From an uncultured Chloroflexia bacterium (lineage in GTDB: Bacteria > Chloroflexota > Limnocylindria > Limnocylindrales > CSP1-4): DNA of 64,000 nucleotides. The notes beneath the pieces are model-generated. The model was not told the DNA's origin. It saw nothing but the letters and a program-made list of their open reading frames with translations, and searched no databases. Shown piece after piece: positions 29,762-43,419 of this stretch (its first letter is position 1; every line of letters starts with the position of its first letter). Where the stretch lies: NCBI GenBank assembly GCA_963734535.1, contig CAVTHS010000003.1, positions 1 through 64,000 on the forward strand. The letters are read 5' to 3'. Position numbers and translations under genes: made by a program.

Positions 29762-30248
29762 GACGTTCTCCTCGTGCGCGACTGAAGGGCGCTCCACCAT
29801 GGCCGGCGACAGGGCCGGTCACGGCCATTCATCCCCGTGCCGTCAGCACGCAGGAAGCGATCTGGTTCCACTGCCCATTGCCTTCGCCCAGTTCTGAGCG
29901 TGATGGCAGTGTGTGGCCCGGCGGTGCGCGCGTCATGACAACCCGTCATGCGCCGGCCGCGCGGCTCGAGGACGGCGCGCCGGCCGGCCGACAGCTTGCG
30001 AGCGTGCGGCGCATGGCCGGGAAGGGGTCCGCCCGCGCCGCGCACCTGCCGCAGGGCTGGTTGCGGTCCGCGTGCGATGCCGTCTGCCCGGGACCCCACC
30101 CCACCATGCCGTACGACCCTCCTAGACCGAAGGTACGGCTTGGCCCGTCGTGGGCGGACCCCTACGCTCCCCAACGAAGCGGGTCGCACTCCACCTGTTG
30201 CCACTGGAAGCGTCCGGTGCGACCGCAACCGATCAGGCGAGGAACCAC

Positions 30249-30440
30249 ATGGCAATCAGCGAGCTGGGACCGCTCCTCACCGCGAGCGAGGTCGCGGAGA
30301 TGCTCCACCTCCACGTCAACACCGTGAAGCGCCTCGGCGATCGCGGCGAGCTCCCGTTCTTCCGTGTCTGCCGCCGGGGAGATCGCCGCTTCCGGCTCGC
30401 CGACGTGATGAGCTTCCTGGCCAACGGCCGCCAGCAGTAG
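30249..30440 (+). CDS. BldC/excisionase-like (HTH_17, MerR-like) DNA-binding protein
   Basis: LLTASEVAEMLHLHVNTVKR...GELPFFR...GDRRFR; RBS GAGGA. Confidence 0.85.
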   Translation: MAISELGPLLTASEVAEMLHLHVNTVKRLGDRGELPFFRVCRRGDRRFRLADVMSFLANGRQQ

Positions 30441-30571
30441 CCGGCGCGTCCGGCTTCCGGGGACCGGCCCGCGGTTCCGGAGTCCCCGTCGGGACGGACA
30501 CGCCGCGCGACCGCACCCGCGCGACGCAACCCCGCTCTACGCCATCCCCCCGGCGCGGCGGGCCGACCCGG

Positions 30572-31951
30572 CTAGGCGCTCGCCGAGCGGAGCACGCGGC
30601 CGAAGATCCCGAGCGCCTCGTCGATCTCCGCGGACGTGACGTTGAGCGGCGCGATCCAGCGGATCACGTTGTGCTCGACCCCGCACGAGATGACCAGCAG
30701 CCCCGCATCTGCGCATCCCTGGATCACCGCCTCGCAGAGGGCCCCGTCAGGCTCCCGCGTTGCACGGTCGCGGACGAACTCCACCCCGATCATGAGCCCG
30801 AGGCCCCGCACGTCGCCGATCCGGACGTCGTCGGCCGCGATGGCACGGAGTCCGGCCATCAGCTCGGCGCCCCGCGCCGCGCTGTTCTCCACGAGCCCCT
30901 CGGCGCGGATGGTGTCGAGGACCGCGATCCCGGCGGCACACGCCACGGGGTTGCCGCCGTACGTGGTGCCGTGGGCGCTGCGGCCCCAACGCTCCTGGAG
31001 CGCCCTGGAGCTCGCGATCGCGGAGAGCGGCAGGCCGTTCGCGATCGCCTTGGCCATGCAGACGACGTCCGGGACGATCCCGGCATGCTCGAATGACCAC
31101 ATCTTCCCGGTGCGCCCGAAACCCGCCTGGACCTCGTCCGCGACCAGGAGGATCCCATGCTCGTCGCAGATCGCGCGGAGCGCCCGGAGGAACGCCGGCG
31201 GCGCCGGGATGTAGCCACCCTCGCCCTGGACCGGCTCGAGGATCATCGCCGCGACCGCGGAGGGCGGGATCGTGGTCTTGAGCAGCTCGCGCAGGTGCGT
31301 GAGGGAGACCTCCACCGCGCGCGCCTCGTCGCCGGCGAAGTCGCGGTAGACCGACGGGAACGGGCTGAGGTAGACGCCCGGCAGGAGCGGCTCGTAACCG
31401 AGCCGGTAGTTGATGTTCGAGCTCGTGATGCTGGCGGCGCCGATCGTGCGGCCGTGAAACCCGCCCCGGAAGGCGATGATGCCGGGCCGCCCCGTGACCC
31501 GCCGCGCGAGCTTGATCGCCGCCTCGATCGCCTCCGAGCCGGAGTTCATGAAGAAGATCGAATCGAGCGGCTCGGGCAGGAACTCCGCGAGGAGCTTCGC
31601 GTGGCGGACCGTCGATTCCGCGTAACCCATCGCCGCGCACGGCGCGATCAGCTGGTCCACCTGGGCATGGATCGCCGCCGTCACCGCCGGGTGGCCGTGG
31701 CCCAGGACGCTGACCGCGATCCCGTTCGCGAAGTCCAGGTAGGCCTTGCCATCCGTGTCGTAGATGCGATGGCCATCGCCCCGCGCCCATGATCGCTCGA
31801 AGTAGCGGCCGAGGACCGGGGTCAGGTTTGCCGCAGCGAGGACGGCGAGGTCCAGGCCGGCCGCGGCCGCATCCTGGCCGGAGTCTGCGGAAGGCACGTC
31901 GGAGTCTGCGGAATGCAGGCCGGATGCGGCCGGCGCGGTCACGGTGTCCAT
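30572..31951 (-). CDS. class III PLP aminotransferase (4-aminobutyrate aminotransferase-like)
   Basis: NSGSEA, FHGRT, EPVQGEGG, ADEVQAGFGRTG, MAKAIANG, TYGGNP. Confidence 0.93.
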   Translation of the reverse strand: MDTVTAPAASGLHSADSDVPSADSGQDAAAAGLDLAVLAAANLTPVLGRYFERSWARGDGHRIYDTDGKAYLDFANGIAVSVLGHGHPAVTAAIHAQVDQLIAPCAAMGYAESTVRHAKLLAEFLPEPLDSIFFMNSGSEAIEAAIKLARRVTGRPGIIAFRGGFHGRTIGAASITSSNINYRLGYEPLLPGVYLSPFPSVYRDFAGDEARAVEVSLTHLRELLKTTIPPSAVAAMILEPVQGEGGYIPAPPAFLRALRAICDEHGILLVADEVQAGFGRTGKMWSFEHAGIVPDVVCMAKAIANGLPLSAIASSRALQERWGRSAHGTTYGGNPVACAAGIAVLDTIRAEGLVENSAARGAELMAGLRAIAADDVRIGDVRGLGLMIGVEFVRDRATREPDGALCEAVIQGCADAGLLVISCGVEHNVIRWIAPLNVTSAEIDEALGIFGRVLRSASA

Positions 31952-32213
31952 GGGTGGGTCCTCGGGTACGTCGCCGGCCGGGCCGCGTCACTCGGGCGGG
32001 CTGCGGCGGACCTTGGCCGAGTATATCGGGCGCGGACCGGGAGCCGGCGGGCCGAAGGTCGCGCCGATGGCAGGGCGGTCCGGGCCGGCAGCGGGGCCAT
32101 CGCGTGGCCGTCTGGCGCATCGGCCTCTCTCGCGTCGCCCACTGCCGTGCCGCCCTCCGCTCCGCGTGCGACGATGTCGGGCCAACCTCTCCAGGACCCC
32201 GCGGAGTGCCAGC

Positions 32214-33440
32214 GTGATCGACTTCAGCCTGAGCGACGAGAACCGGCTCGTCCGCGATTCCGTCCGCGACTTCGTGGCGGCGGAGATCCTGCCGAACATC
32301 CGGGCCTGGGACGAGCAGGGCGAGGCGCACCCGGAGGTCTTCGCGAAGATGGGGGAGCTGGGCTATCTCGGCGCGCCGATCCCGGAAGCGTGGGGCGGGG
32401 CGGGGATGGACTTCGTCTCGTTCGCGATCCTGTGCGAAGAGCTGGAGCGCGCCGACACGGCCTTCCGGGTGGTGATGAGCGTGCACGTCGGCCTGAACTC
32501 GCTCGCGCTCCTCCAGTGGGGGACCGACGAGCAGCGCCGTCGCTGGCTCGTGCCGCAGGCGCAGGGCACGAAGCTCGCGACGTTCGCGCTGACCGAGCCG
32601 GGTGCCGGGACCGATGCGGCGAGCCTCGAGACGACCGCCCGCCGCGACGGCGACGCCTACGTCCTCAACGGGTCGAAGATCTGGATCAGCCTGGCAGATC
32701 TCGCGGACCACATCCTGCTCTTCGCGACGGTCGATCGCGGCAGGAAGCACCGCGGGGTCACCGCGTTCATGCTCGAGCGCGGGATGCCCGGCCTGACGAC
32801 GGGGACGCTGCACGGCAAGCTGGGGATCCGGGCCGGGAACACCGGGCTGGTCACCCTCGACAACGTGGTCGTCCCGGTCGAGAACCGGATCGGCGAGGAG
32901 GGCGAAGGATTCCTGGTCGCGATGAGCGCGATCGACCAGGGCCGCTTCACCGTCGCCGCCGGGGCGGTCGGGCTCGCGCAGGCCTGCCTGGATGCGAGCG
33001 TCGCGTACGCCCACCAGCGCGAGACCTTCGGCGAAGAGATCGGGCGCCACCAGCTGGTCAAGCAGATGATCGCGAAGATGGCCGCCGGAACGGAGACCGG
33101 GCGGCTTCTCGTCTGGCGCGCGGCATGGCTGAAGAACCACGGGGTTCGCAACACGCGTGAGACCTCGCTCGCGAAGTGGCACGCCACGGAGCACAGCGTG
33201 GCCGCTGCGCTCGACGCGATCCAGGTGCACGGTGCGAACGGGTACAGCAACGAGTTCCCGGTGGAGCGCTACCTGCGCAACTCGAAGGCGGCCGTGATCT
33301 ACGAGGGGACGAGCCAGCTCCACACGCTGATCCAGGCCGACTACGCCCTGGGCTACCGCGAGGACCGGCCGATCCGCTGCGAGCCCCTCCCGGCGCAGGG
33401 CGTCGAGCGCTGGCCGGCGCTGCGGGCGGGCGGCCGGTGA
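32214..33440 (+). CDS. acyl-CoA dehydrogenase
   Basis: FALTEPGAGTD, LNGSKIWIS, QVHGANGY, IYEGTSQ. Confidence 0.94.
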   Translation: MIDFSLSDENRLVRDSVRDFVAAEILPNIRAWDEQGEAHPEVFAKMGELGYLGAPIPEAWGGAGMDFVSFAILCEELERADTAFRVVMSVHVGLNSLALLQWGTDEQRRRWLVPQAQGTKLATFALTEPGAGTDAASLETTARRDGDAYVLNGSKIWISLADLADHILLFATVDRGRKHRGVTAFMLERGMPGLTTGTLHGKLGIRAGNTGLVTLDNVVVPVENRIGEEGEGFLVAMSAIDQGRFTVAAGAVGLAQACLDASVAYAHQRETFGEEIGRHQLVKQMIAKMAAGTETGRLLVWRAAWLKNHGVRNTRETSLAKWHATEHSVAAALDAIQVHGANGYSNEFPVERYLRNSKAAVIYEGTSQLHTLIQADYALGYREDRPIRCEPLPAQGVERWPALRAGGR

Positions 33441-33713
33441 GCGGCGACCTGGCCCCGGCGGCGCGCCTCCGCGAGCAGCTCGTGGCACTCCTGGTCCACC
33501 GGGAGTCCCGGCCACCGCGCCGCGATCCTCATCGCCGGCGCGCTCGCCGCCGCGTTCGCCGGCGCATTCCTCTTCGGCGCCTGGCACGTCCTGTTCGGCG
33601 GGCTCGTGAAGGGCAACTGGCGCGCCGGGGGCTTCGGCGTGGCGCTCGCGGCCGTCGCCGCGGCCTTGCTGGTGGGCGAGGCCGCGCTGCTTCGGCGGCG
33701 GCTCCGCGGGTAG
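33437..33713 (+). CDS. small membrane protein (frameshift near 33510)
   Basis: GTGA coupling; the shifted frame encodes two TM helices (FLFGAWHVLFGGLVKGNW...). Confidence 0.5.
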
Positions 33714-33884
33714 CCCCGGGTCACGCCGAACAGGTCCGAGGCGACGCGGGGAAGCCGGTCGCCGAACGCCTGCAAGGTCCGTCGCACCGTGCCGGCTGCG
33801 CCCGGCTCGAATGGGACGGTCTCGAGCTTGATCGTGATCAGGGTCAGGTGGCCAGGATCCTGGGATGGTCCCGATCGCTGACCA

Positions 33885-34292
33885 TTAGTCACCGGCCGCC
33901 GCGTCAAGTGCCTCCCCAATGAGGCGCTGAAGGACGTCATTCAGGAGTTGCAGCCCTGGGGGCATCGTTCGGCCGAGGGTCGAACGTACGTCGCCCGTGC
34001 GCCCATCCAGCTCGATCGTCCAGTGCATGTCGGTGCCACCAACGCCATCGTCGGGCGGGATGGTCGCGGGAAGGTCGAAGAAGCCGCTCCTCTCGATGGC
34101 CGTCACGAGGTCCGAAAGCCCGACAGCTCCGAGCTTCACGGGGCGTCCCCAGGTGCCGTCAGGGAGGAGTTGCTCGGCTCGGCCCGTCGCGTGGACCCGC
34201 GTCCCGGTGCGCCGAGTGCGCGTTTCGATCACGCACTCGAGCTCGACGCGGCGCCGTTTGGAGCCTCGCTGCGTCATGTCTTCAGCCTCCAC
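33885..34292 (-). CDS. hypothetical protein, candidate immunity/partner
   Basis: Overlaps the stop of the upstream effector-like gene (ATG 34277); SGFFDLP, WTIELDG. Confidence 0.65.
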   Translation of the reverse strand: MEAEDMTQRGSKRRRVELECVIETRTRRTGTRVHATGRAEQLLPDGTWGRPVKLGAVGLSDLVTAIERSGFFDLPATIPPDDGVGGTDMHWTIELDGRTGDVRSTLGRTMPPGLQLLNDVLQRLIGEALDAAAGD

Positions 34293-35998
34293 TCATTGGA
34301 CCCGGTTACCGCGCGAAGGGCCTCCATGAACGTGACGTACTGGGGCGACCGGATCGTGCTTCCAAGAGACATGAGGTTGTCGTTGTTCTCGTACACGGAG
34401 TTGCCAAGCCCAGCCGCGGTGCTCCGGGCGTCCTGCGGATGGACGGTGCCCACGGGCTGGCCGGTGCCGAAGACCTTGCCTTGGGCCCTCGTCGGGTCGG
34501 ATGCGTACTCGTCCTGCAGGCCAAGCATGTGCCCGAACTCGTGGGCTGCCTGGTTCTGGCCGGCGCCACCCGCCATGACGATGTCCACACGCCGCGACGA
34601 TGCCGCGCCGCTCTCGCCCGCGCTCCCGGTGCCGGTGGTGGTCTTGACACGTGCTGCGGCGTTCACGAGGTTGTTGCCGCCTACACGTGTCGCCTTCAGA
34701 TAATCCGCGACGGCCTGTGCCCGCTGCTCGGAGAGGCGCTGGTTTCGGGCCTCGCCGGCCGCAGTGCTCGCCCCGACCGTGTCGGCATGACCCGTGATGT
34801 CGATCGTCGTGCCCGTGCCGCCAGTGGGTGTCTGGAAGCTGTAGATGATGTCCTGAAGCTCGCGTTGGGCTGTCGCGTTCAGGCCGACGGAGCCGCGGTC
34901 AAAGAAGACCCGCTGGCGCAGCAGGTGGCTGTGGGCAACGGTCTGGCCGCTGCCAAGCTCGAGAAGGGACTGACCGGCCGCGTCCCGGCCACCCCCCCGG
35001 GCGCCGAAGTCGGTGTTGTCGTCCGGGGTCTTGTAGATCGTCGCGTTGCAGTGAGTCCCGCCGGTGCCCACCGGGATTGACGATGATCCAGCCGGGAGGG
35101 GGCCAGCCACGGTCACGTTCTGCGTGTTCACGACAATGTTGATGCGGGCAAGTTGCGCCTCCCAGCCCGGGTGGCTGCTCTGGAACTGAAGGCCGCTGCC
35201 TGCGGAATTCCAGGCGCCCGTGACATTGGCCCGATAGCCGGTCATCCAGGTCTCCTGATCGCCGGCCCACTTCCACCTCTCCGCCGCCGCGGCCCGCTCC
35301 GATCGCGGCAGGGCGTTGATCTGATTCGCGGCGTTGTTCAGGCTTGCGTGACCAGCCACCGCGAGGTCCCCGTTCATGCTCATTCCGTCCACGAACGTCA
35401 TGCCGATGTTCATGGTCACGGTCAGGTTCATCCCAACCGGGTCGTAGCGAGCCTGGAACCCACCCCCGGGTATGGGTTGGATGAGCTGGCCCTGCGCCGC
35501 AGCCGGCATGGGTCCACGGTCACGAAACGCTTGCAGGTCAGCCGGGACAGCCGCGGGCGCGGGGCCCGCGATGTTCGTCGGCGTCGGCGGGTCGCGCTGG
35601 ATCACCATCCGGGCGACGGCCCCGTTGCCCTGCACCTTCTGCATGTGCTCAATCGCGTTCGCGTGCACGGCTGACATGCCCGGGAGCAGGAGTGCAGCCA
35701 GCAGCGGGCCGGAACGCTCCGGGGCGGTCTCGGCCGGGCCTTCTTCGGAGATGGTGGCGCCGTCGCCCCCGGCGTCCTCCAACGCCCCCATGCGTCTCGC
35801 GCCCGACAGCGTGGCCAGCGGGTTCTGATCGAGACGGTTGTGCGAGCGCGCGACCAGCTCGGCGACCGAGCGGTTCCCGGCGCGCCGTTGGAGATCCATC
35901 GCCGCGCGGACGACGGGCGCATCCGAGCGCTCGCGCGTCCCAGGGAGCTTCCCCGGCGCGAGCACATGCTGATCATGCTGGAGCACACGGTCGCGCAT
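34274..35998 (-). CDS. putative contractile-injection-system-type effector: QRxxGN leader, OmpA-like domain, zinc metallopeptidase
   Basis: LQRRAGNRSV, MQKVQGNGAVARMVIQR; GHADTVG...NQRLSEQRAQAV...RRVDI; HEFGHMLGLQDEY and NLMS Met-turn. Confidence 0.75.
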   Translation of the reverse strand: MRDRVLQHDQHVLAPGKLPGTRERSDAPVVRAAMDLQRRAGNRSVAELVARSHNRLDQNPLATLSGARRMGALEDAGGDGATISEEGPAETAPERSGPLLAALLLPGMSAVHANAIEHMQKVQGNGAVARMVIQRDPPTPTNIAGPAPAAVPADLQAFRDRGPMPAAAQGQLIQPIPGGGFQARYDPVGMNLTVTMNIGMTFVDGMSMNGDLAVAGHASLNNAANQINALPRSERAAAAERWKWAGDQETWMTGYRANVTGAWNSAGSGLQFQSSHPGWEAQLARINIVVNTQNVTVAGPLPAGSSSIPVGTGGTHCNATIYKTPDDNTDFGARGGGRDAAGQSLLELGSGQTVAHSHLLRQRVFFDRGSVGLNATAQRELQDIIYSFQTPTGGTGTTIDITGHADTVGASTAAGEARNQRLSEQRAQAVADYLKATRVGGNNLVNAAARVKTTTGTGSAGESGAASSRRVDIVMAGGAGQNQAAHEFGHMLGLQDEYASDPTRAQGKVFGTGQPVGTVHPQDARSTAAGLGNSVYENNDNLMSLGSTIRSPQYVTFMEALRAVTGSNEWRLKT

Positions 35999-36194
35999 AG
36001 GCTGCCCTCCGGGGCACCCTAGCCCCACCAGGGCCGAGCGACAAGCGCCGCACGGGCAGACCACGTGCCCGATCGGGCGACCCCTCTTTGCCGCCGACAC
36101 GGGTTGGCCTGCCGGCGGCGCCCAGGCAGGCGGCGGCCAGCGGCGAGCAGCGCGATCCCTCGCCCCGTTGCGGCGCTGGGGAGGACGAGCGAGA

Positions 36195-40027
<3,833 letters not shown>

Positions 40028-40266
40028 TGCGGATGGCTCACCCGGGCGGCTCCGGTCGGGCGAGCGCTCGTGTCGGCGCGCGGGACCCCGAATATCGGGC
40101 CAGCCGATCGCACGGACCCACCCCGAGCGTGGGAGATACAGCCAAACTCGAGAATTGCCGCGTTTCGGAGCGTGACCGTGGCGATTCTGATCGGGTGGGG
40201 CGATATCTGCCGCAGGCCCCGTGGCACAGCGCGGCCTCTCGGTCCGTCGCGCCTGCGCGAGTCGGC

Positions 40267-41220
40267 TCAGGTCGCCTCGACCACTTCCTCGGGCCGCGAG
40301 ACGGCCTGACGTCCGCGCGTCCAGACGATGATCGCGACCGCGACGATGATGATCACGCCGGCGACGAGGGTTCGGGGCGTGACCAATTCGCCCAGGATCA
40401 GCGAGCCGAGCGCGACGGCCACGATCGGGTTGACGTAGGCGTACGTCGCGACGAGCGGCAGCGGCGCCACCCGCAGCAGCCAGGCGTACGCAGTGAAGCC
40501 GATCAGCGACCCGACGGCGACAAGGTAGGCGAGGGCGGCGGCGCTTTCCGCGGTGACGTCCGCCGGGCGGAACCGGCTGATCTCCCCGGTCGCGAGCGCG
40601 ACGACCCCGAGCATCGCCCCGCCGCACAGCATCTGCATGCCGACGCCGACCAGGGGCCGCACGGGCAGGTGGGCGCGGCTGCTGTAGAGGGAGCCGATCG
40701 CCCACAGGATCGGCGAGCCGAGGAGGATCAGCGCGCCCGCCGGATCCACGGAGGCGCTCCCGCCGGCCGGCCAGACGAGCACGCCGACCCCCGCGAACCC
40801 GAGCCCGATCCCGACGACTGTCGAGCGCGAGAGCCGCAGGTCGAAGAAGAGCCGGCCGAGGATCGCGACCCACACGGGCAGCGTGGCGATGAGCAGCGCG
40901 GCGATCCCCGACGCGACCGTCGTCTCGCCAAGCGCCACGAGGCCGTTGCCGCCCACCAGGAGAAACCCGCCGATGATCGCCGCGTCCCGCCATTCACGCC
41001 GACCCGGCCGGGGCTCTCCCGCCCGGCCGCGCGACGTCACGGCGAGGAGGAGCGTACCCGCGATCAGAAAGCGGATCGAGCTCTGCGTGAAGGGCGGGAT
41101 CGTGCCCACGGCGATCCGGATGGCGAGATACGTGGAGCCCCAGACGACGTAGAGGGCACCCAGGGCGAGCGCGACCTGGGCCCCGGGTGCGCCGAGCGTG
41201 CGGTGGGCGGGCGTTGCCAT
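40267..41220 (-). CDS. EamA/DMT transporter (YedA-like)
   Basis: YVVWGSTYLAIR, YAYVNPIVAV, about 10 TM helices. Confidence 0.92.
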   Translation of the reverse strand: MATPAHRTLGAPGAQVALALGALYVVWGSTYLAIRIAVGTIPPFTQSSIRFLIAGTLLLAVTSRGRAGEPRPGRREWRDAAIIGGFLLVGGNGLVALGETTVASGIAALLIATLPVWVAILGRLFFDLRLSRSTVVGIGLGFAGVGVLVWPAGGSASVDPAGALILLGSPILWAIGSLYSSRAHLPVRPLVGVGMQMLCGGAMLGVVALATGEISRFRPADVTAESAAALAYLVAVGSLIGFTAYAWLLRVAPLPLVATYAYVNPIVAVALGSLILGELVTPRTLVAGVIIIVAVAIIVWTRGRQAVSRPEEVVEAT

Positions 41221-41348
41221 CCGGGAAGGATGCCAGCCGGCCTCCGGGCCTGCTGGCGCATTCCGGCCGCCCTGCGGCCGAGGGCTGCGCTGGCGCCTGC
41301 GGCCGGCCCGTCGTGGGGGCCCTCCGAGCGTGCGACAATCGCGGGGCG

Positions 41349-42362
41349 ATGCCGCTCGACGACCGCTTCGACGATCTCGTCGCCAGCCTGGCCGGGTTCT
41401 ACCGGGCATGGGTGATCCAGCTCGGGATCGAGCTGGGGCTCTTTGCCCGCCTCCGTGAGGCCGGGTCGACTGGGCTGACGCGCGCCGACCTGGCCCGGGC
41501 CGCGACCGCCGCCCCCGAGCCAGTCTCCGCCTGGTGCGACGCGGCCTACGCGGCCGACCTGATCGCGGATGACGGATCACGGGTCACCATCGACGCGGAC
41601 GTCGCATCGATTCTGCTGGACAAGGACCGCACTGCGTACCTGGGCGGGCAGTTCACGTACACGGTCACGGCGAGCCTGGACTACGACCGGATGGCCGAGT
41701 ACCTGCGCACCGGCGAGCCCGTCGGCTCTCGATCGGCGCGCTACTACCGGGCGATCGAGGCCCTGACCCGCCAGGACATCGCGGTCTTCTTCGAGGAGGC
41801 GCTCGCCGCGCTTCCCGACCTCGTGGCGGACCTGGTCCGGGGGATCGACGTCATCGACCTCCACTGCGGCGGAGGCCGCTGGCTGGCGGCGATCGCGCGG
41901 CGCTTTCCGAAGGCGCGCCTCGTGGGCGTGGAGCCGGAGTCCGATTCGGTGACCCGCGCGATCCAGCTGGTGCAGCGCGCGGGCCTCGGGTCGCGGATCC
42001 GGATCGAGGCCCGCGAGGTGGATGAGAAGCTGGCCGTCGGCTCCTTCGACCTGGCCTATCTCCAGCACGCCCTCCACGAGATGCCGGACCCGGTCGTGGC
42101 GCTGCAGTCGGCGTGGCGCATGATCCGGCCCGGGGGCTGGCTCATCGTCCTGGGCTGGTGCCTGCCCGACGGTCTCGAGGACTACGCGACCCTCCATGGG
42201 CAGCTGATCGCGGGCGTCGCGCTTGACGAGCTGTTCCATGGGGCGCGCCTGCGGACCGTCGCGCAGCACGCGGAGCTGTTCCGCGCCGCCGGGCTCCCCG
42301 AGCCCGAGGCGATCCCGCTCCCGTCCGACGCGACGCTCCTCGTGACGCGGCGCGACGCCTGA
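41349..42362 (+). CDS. class I SAM-dependent methyltransferase with N-terminal wHTH
   Basis: GIELGLF, IDLHCGGG, LHEMPDP. Confidence 0.85.
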   Translation: MPLDDRFDDLVASLAGFYRAWVIQLGIELGLFARLREAGSTGLTRADLARAATAAPEPVSAWCDAAYAADLIADDGSRVTIDADVASILLDKDRTAYLGGQFTYTVTASLDYDRMAEYLRTGEPVGSRSARYYRAIEALTRQDIAVFFEEALAALPDLVADLVRGIDVIDLHCGGGRWLAAIARRFPKARLVGVEPESDSVTRAIQLVQRAGLGSRIRIEAREVDEKLAVGSFDLAYLQHALHEMPDPVVALQSAWRMIRPGGWLIVLGWCLPDGLEDYATLHGQLIAGVALDELFHGARLRTVAQHAELFRAAGLPEPEAIPLPSDATLLVTRRDA

Positions 42363-42418
42363 CCGCTTGGCGAGCGTCCGGCGGCGTATCGGGCTGACCG
42401 AGCCGGCCCGGCGCGCGA

Positions 42419-42490
42419 TCAGTTCACGACGATCGTGCCGTGCATGCTGGCGTGGATCCCGCAGACGTACGTCCCTGCAGCCCGGGCGCC
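42419..42490 (-). pseudogene. cupredoxin C-terminal remnant
   Basis: GTYVCGIHASMHGTIVVN*: a CxxHxxM copper loop with no recognisable N-terminal half. Confidence 0.5.
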
Positions 42491-42512
42491 TCCCGATCTT
42501 CGTGGCGCTCCC

Positions 42513-43419
42513 GTGACGGCCGCCGAACTGGTGATCCGATGGTTTGCGGACGATGCCATGCGCGACCGCGCCGCGCTTGCGGCGGCCCTCGGGATCGACC
42601 TCCCGGCGTCGAGCTCGATCGACGTCGCCGGGCTCCGACTCGAGATCGTGGAGGCCGCGTCCACCACGGCACCTCGACTCGTGCGAGGGTACGCGCCCGG
42701 CGCGGCCCGCGGCCGGCTCGAGGTGATTGCGACCGGTCCCGGCCGCGGGACCTCGCTCGCCGCAGAACCGGCCCTCACGCCGCGGGACGCGACGGACACC
42801 ACCGGCTCCTCGGCCCCCCCGACACGCGCGGCAGCGCTTCCTGGCGCTGGGTTGGGCGACCGTCGATCTCGAGCGTGCCGCATCGTCATGGCCCGGTGTG
42901 CGCTGGGAGACCGCGCCGCGGGACTCGGTGGTCGGGGCGAGGGCCCTCCTCGGTCGAGCCGGCGTGGACGCGGCCGCCGATGCGACGTTGACCCACGCGG
43001 CCGCCCACGTGGCGCCGCCCAGCGGCCCGGCGCCTGCAGGCCCGGACCCCGCCGACCGGGAACCTGCCGACCAGGCGCTCACCGACCCGGGACCGGCCCG
43101 CGCCCTCACGATCGTTCTCCTCGAGCCCGACGCGGAGGGACGGCTCGCTGCGTCACTCGCTCGTCACGGAGAGGGCCCGGCCGTCCTCTACGTGCGGGTT
43201 CCGATCTCCACCCTCGCCGGCATGTCGGCGCGCTTGGCACGACTCGAGGTCAGGGCAAGGGACGGGACGGGTCCCTTCGGACCGGAATGGGCAGTCGCCG
43301 GACCGCACGCCTGGGGCCCGACCCTGGTCCTGGTGCCCGGCGCCCAGCCAGGCAGGCCGGTTGATCCGGGTGAGGCGGACCCGCCCCAGCTCGGCCGACG
43401 CGGTACCATCGGATCATGA
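42513..43419 (+). CDS. VOC/glyoxalase-like hypothetical protein (frameshift at poly-C near 42815)
   Basis: LGWATVDLERA, IVLLEP, LARHGEGPAVLY. Confidence 0.55.

Noticed and set aside
30195-30215. Cobalamin riboswitch (GCCACTGGAAG)
   Set aside because: Only a fragment of the B12 box; other conserved elements are missing and the downstream gene is unrelated.
9809-30440. Integrative island at tRNA-Arg ending at an excisionase
   Set aside because: No integrase, no duplicated tRNA 3' end seen, and no clear compositional shift; the HTH gene looks BldC-like.
30747-33587. 946-aa minus-strand ORF and similar long ORFs (4986-7082, 38714-40993, 55494-57443, N-terminal part of 3573-6830)
   Set aside because: Shadow ORFs of high-GC genes, Arg/Pro/Gly-rich with no motifs, overlapping well-supported genes.
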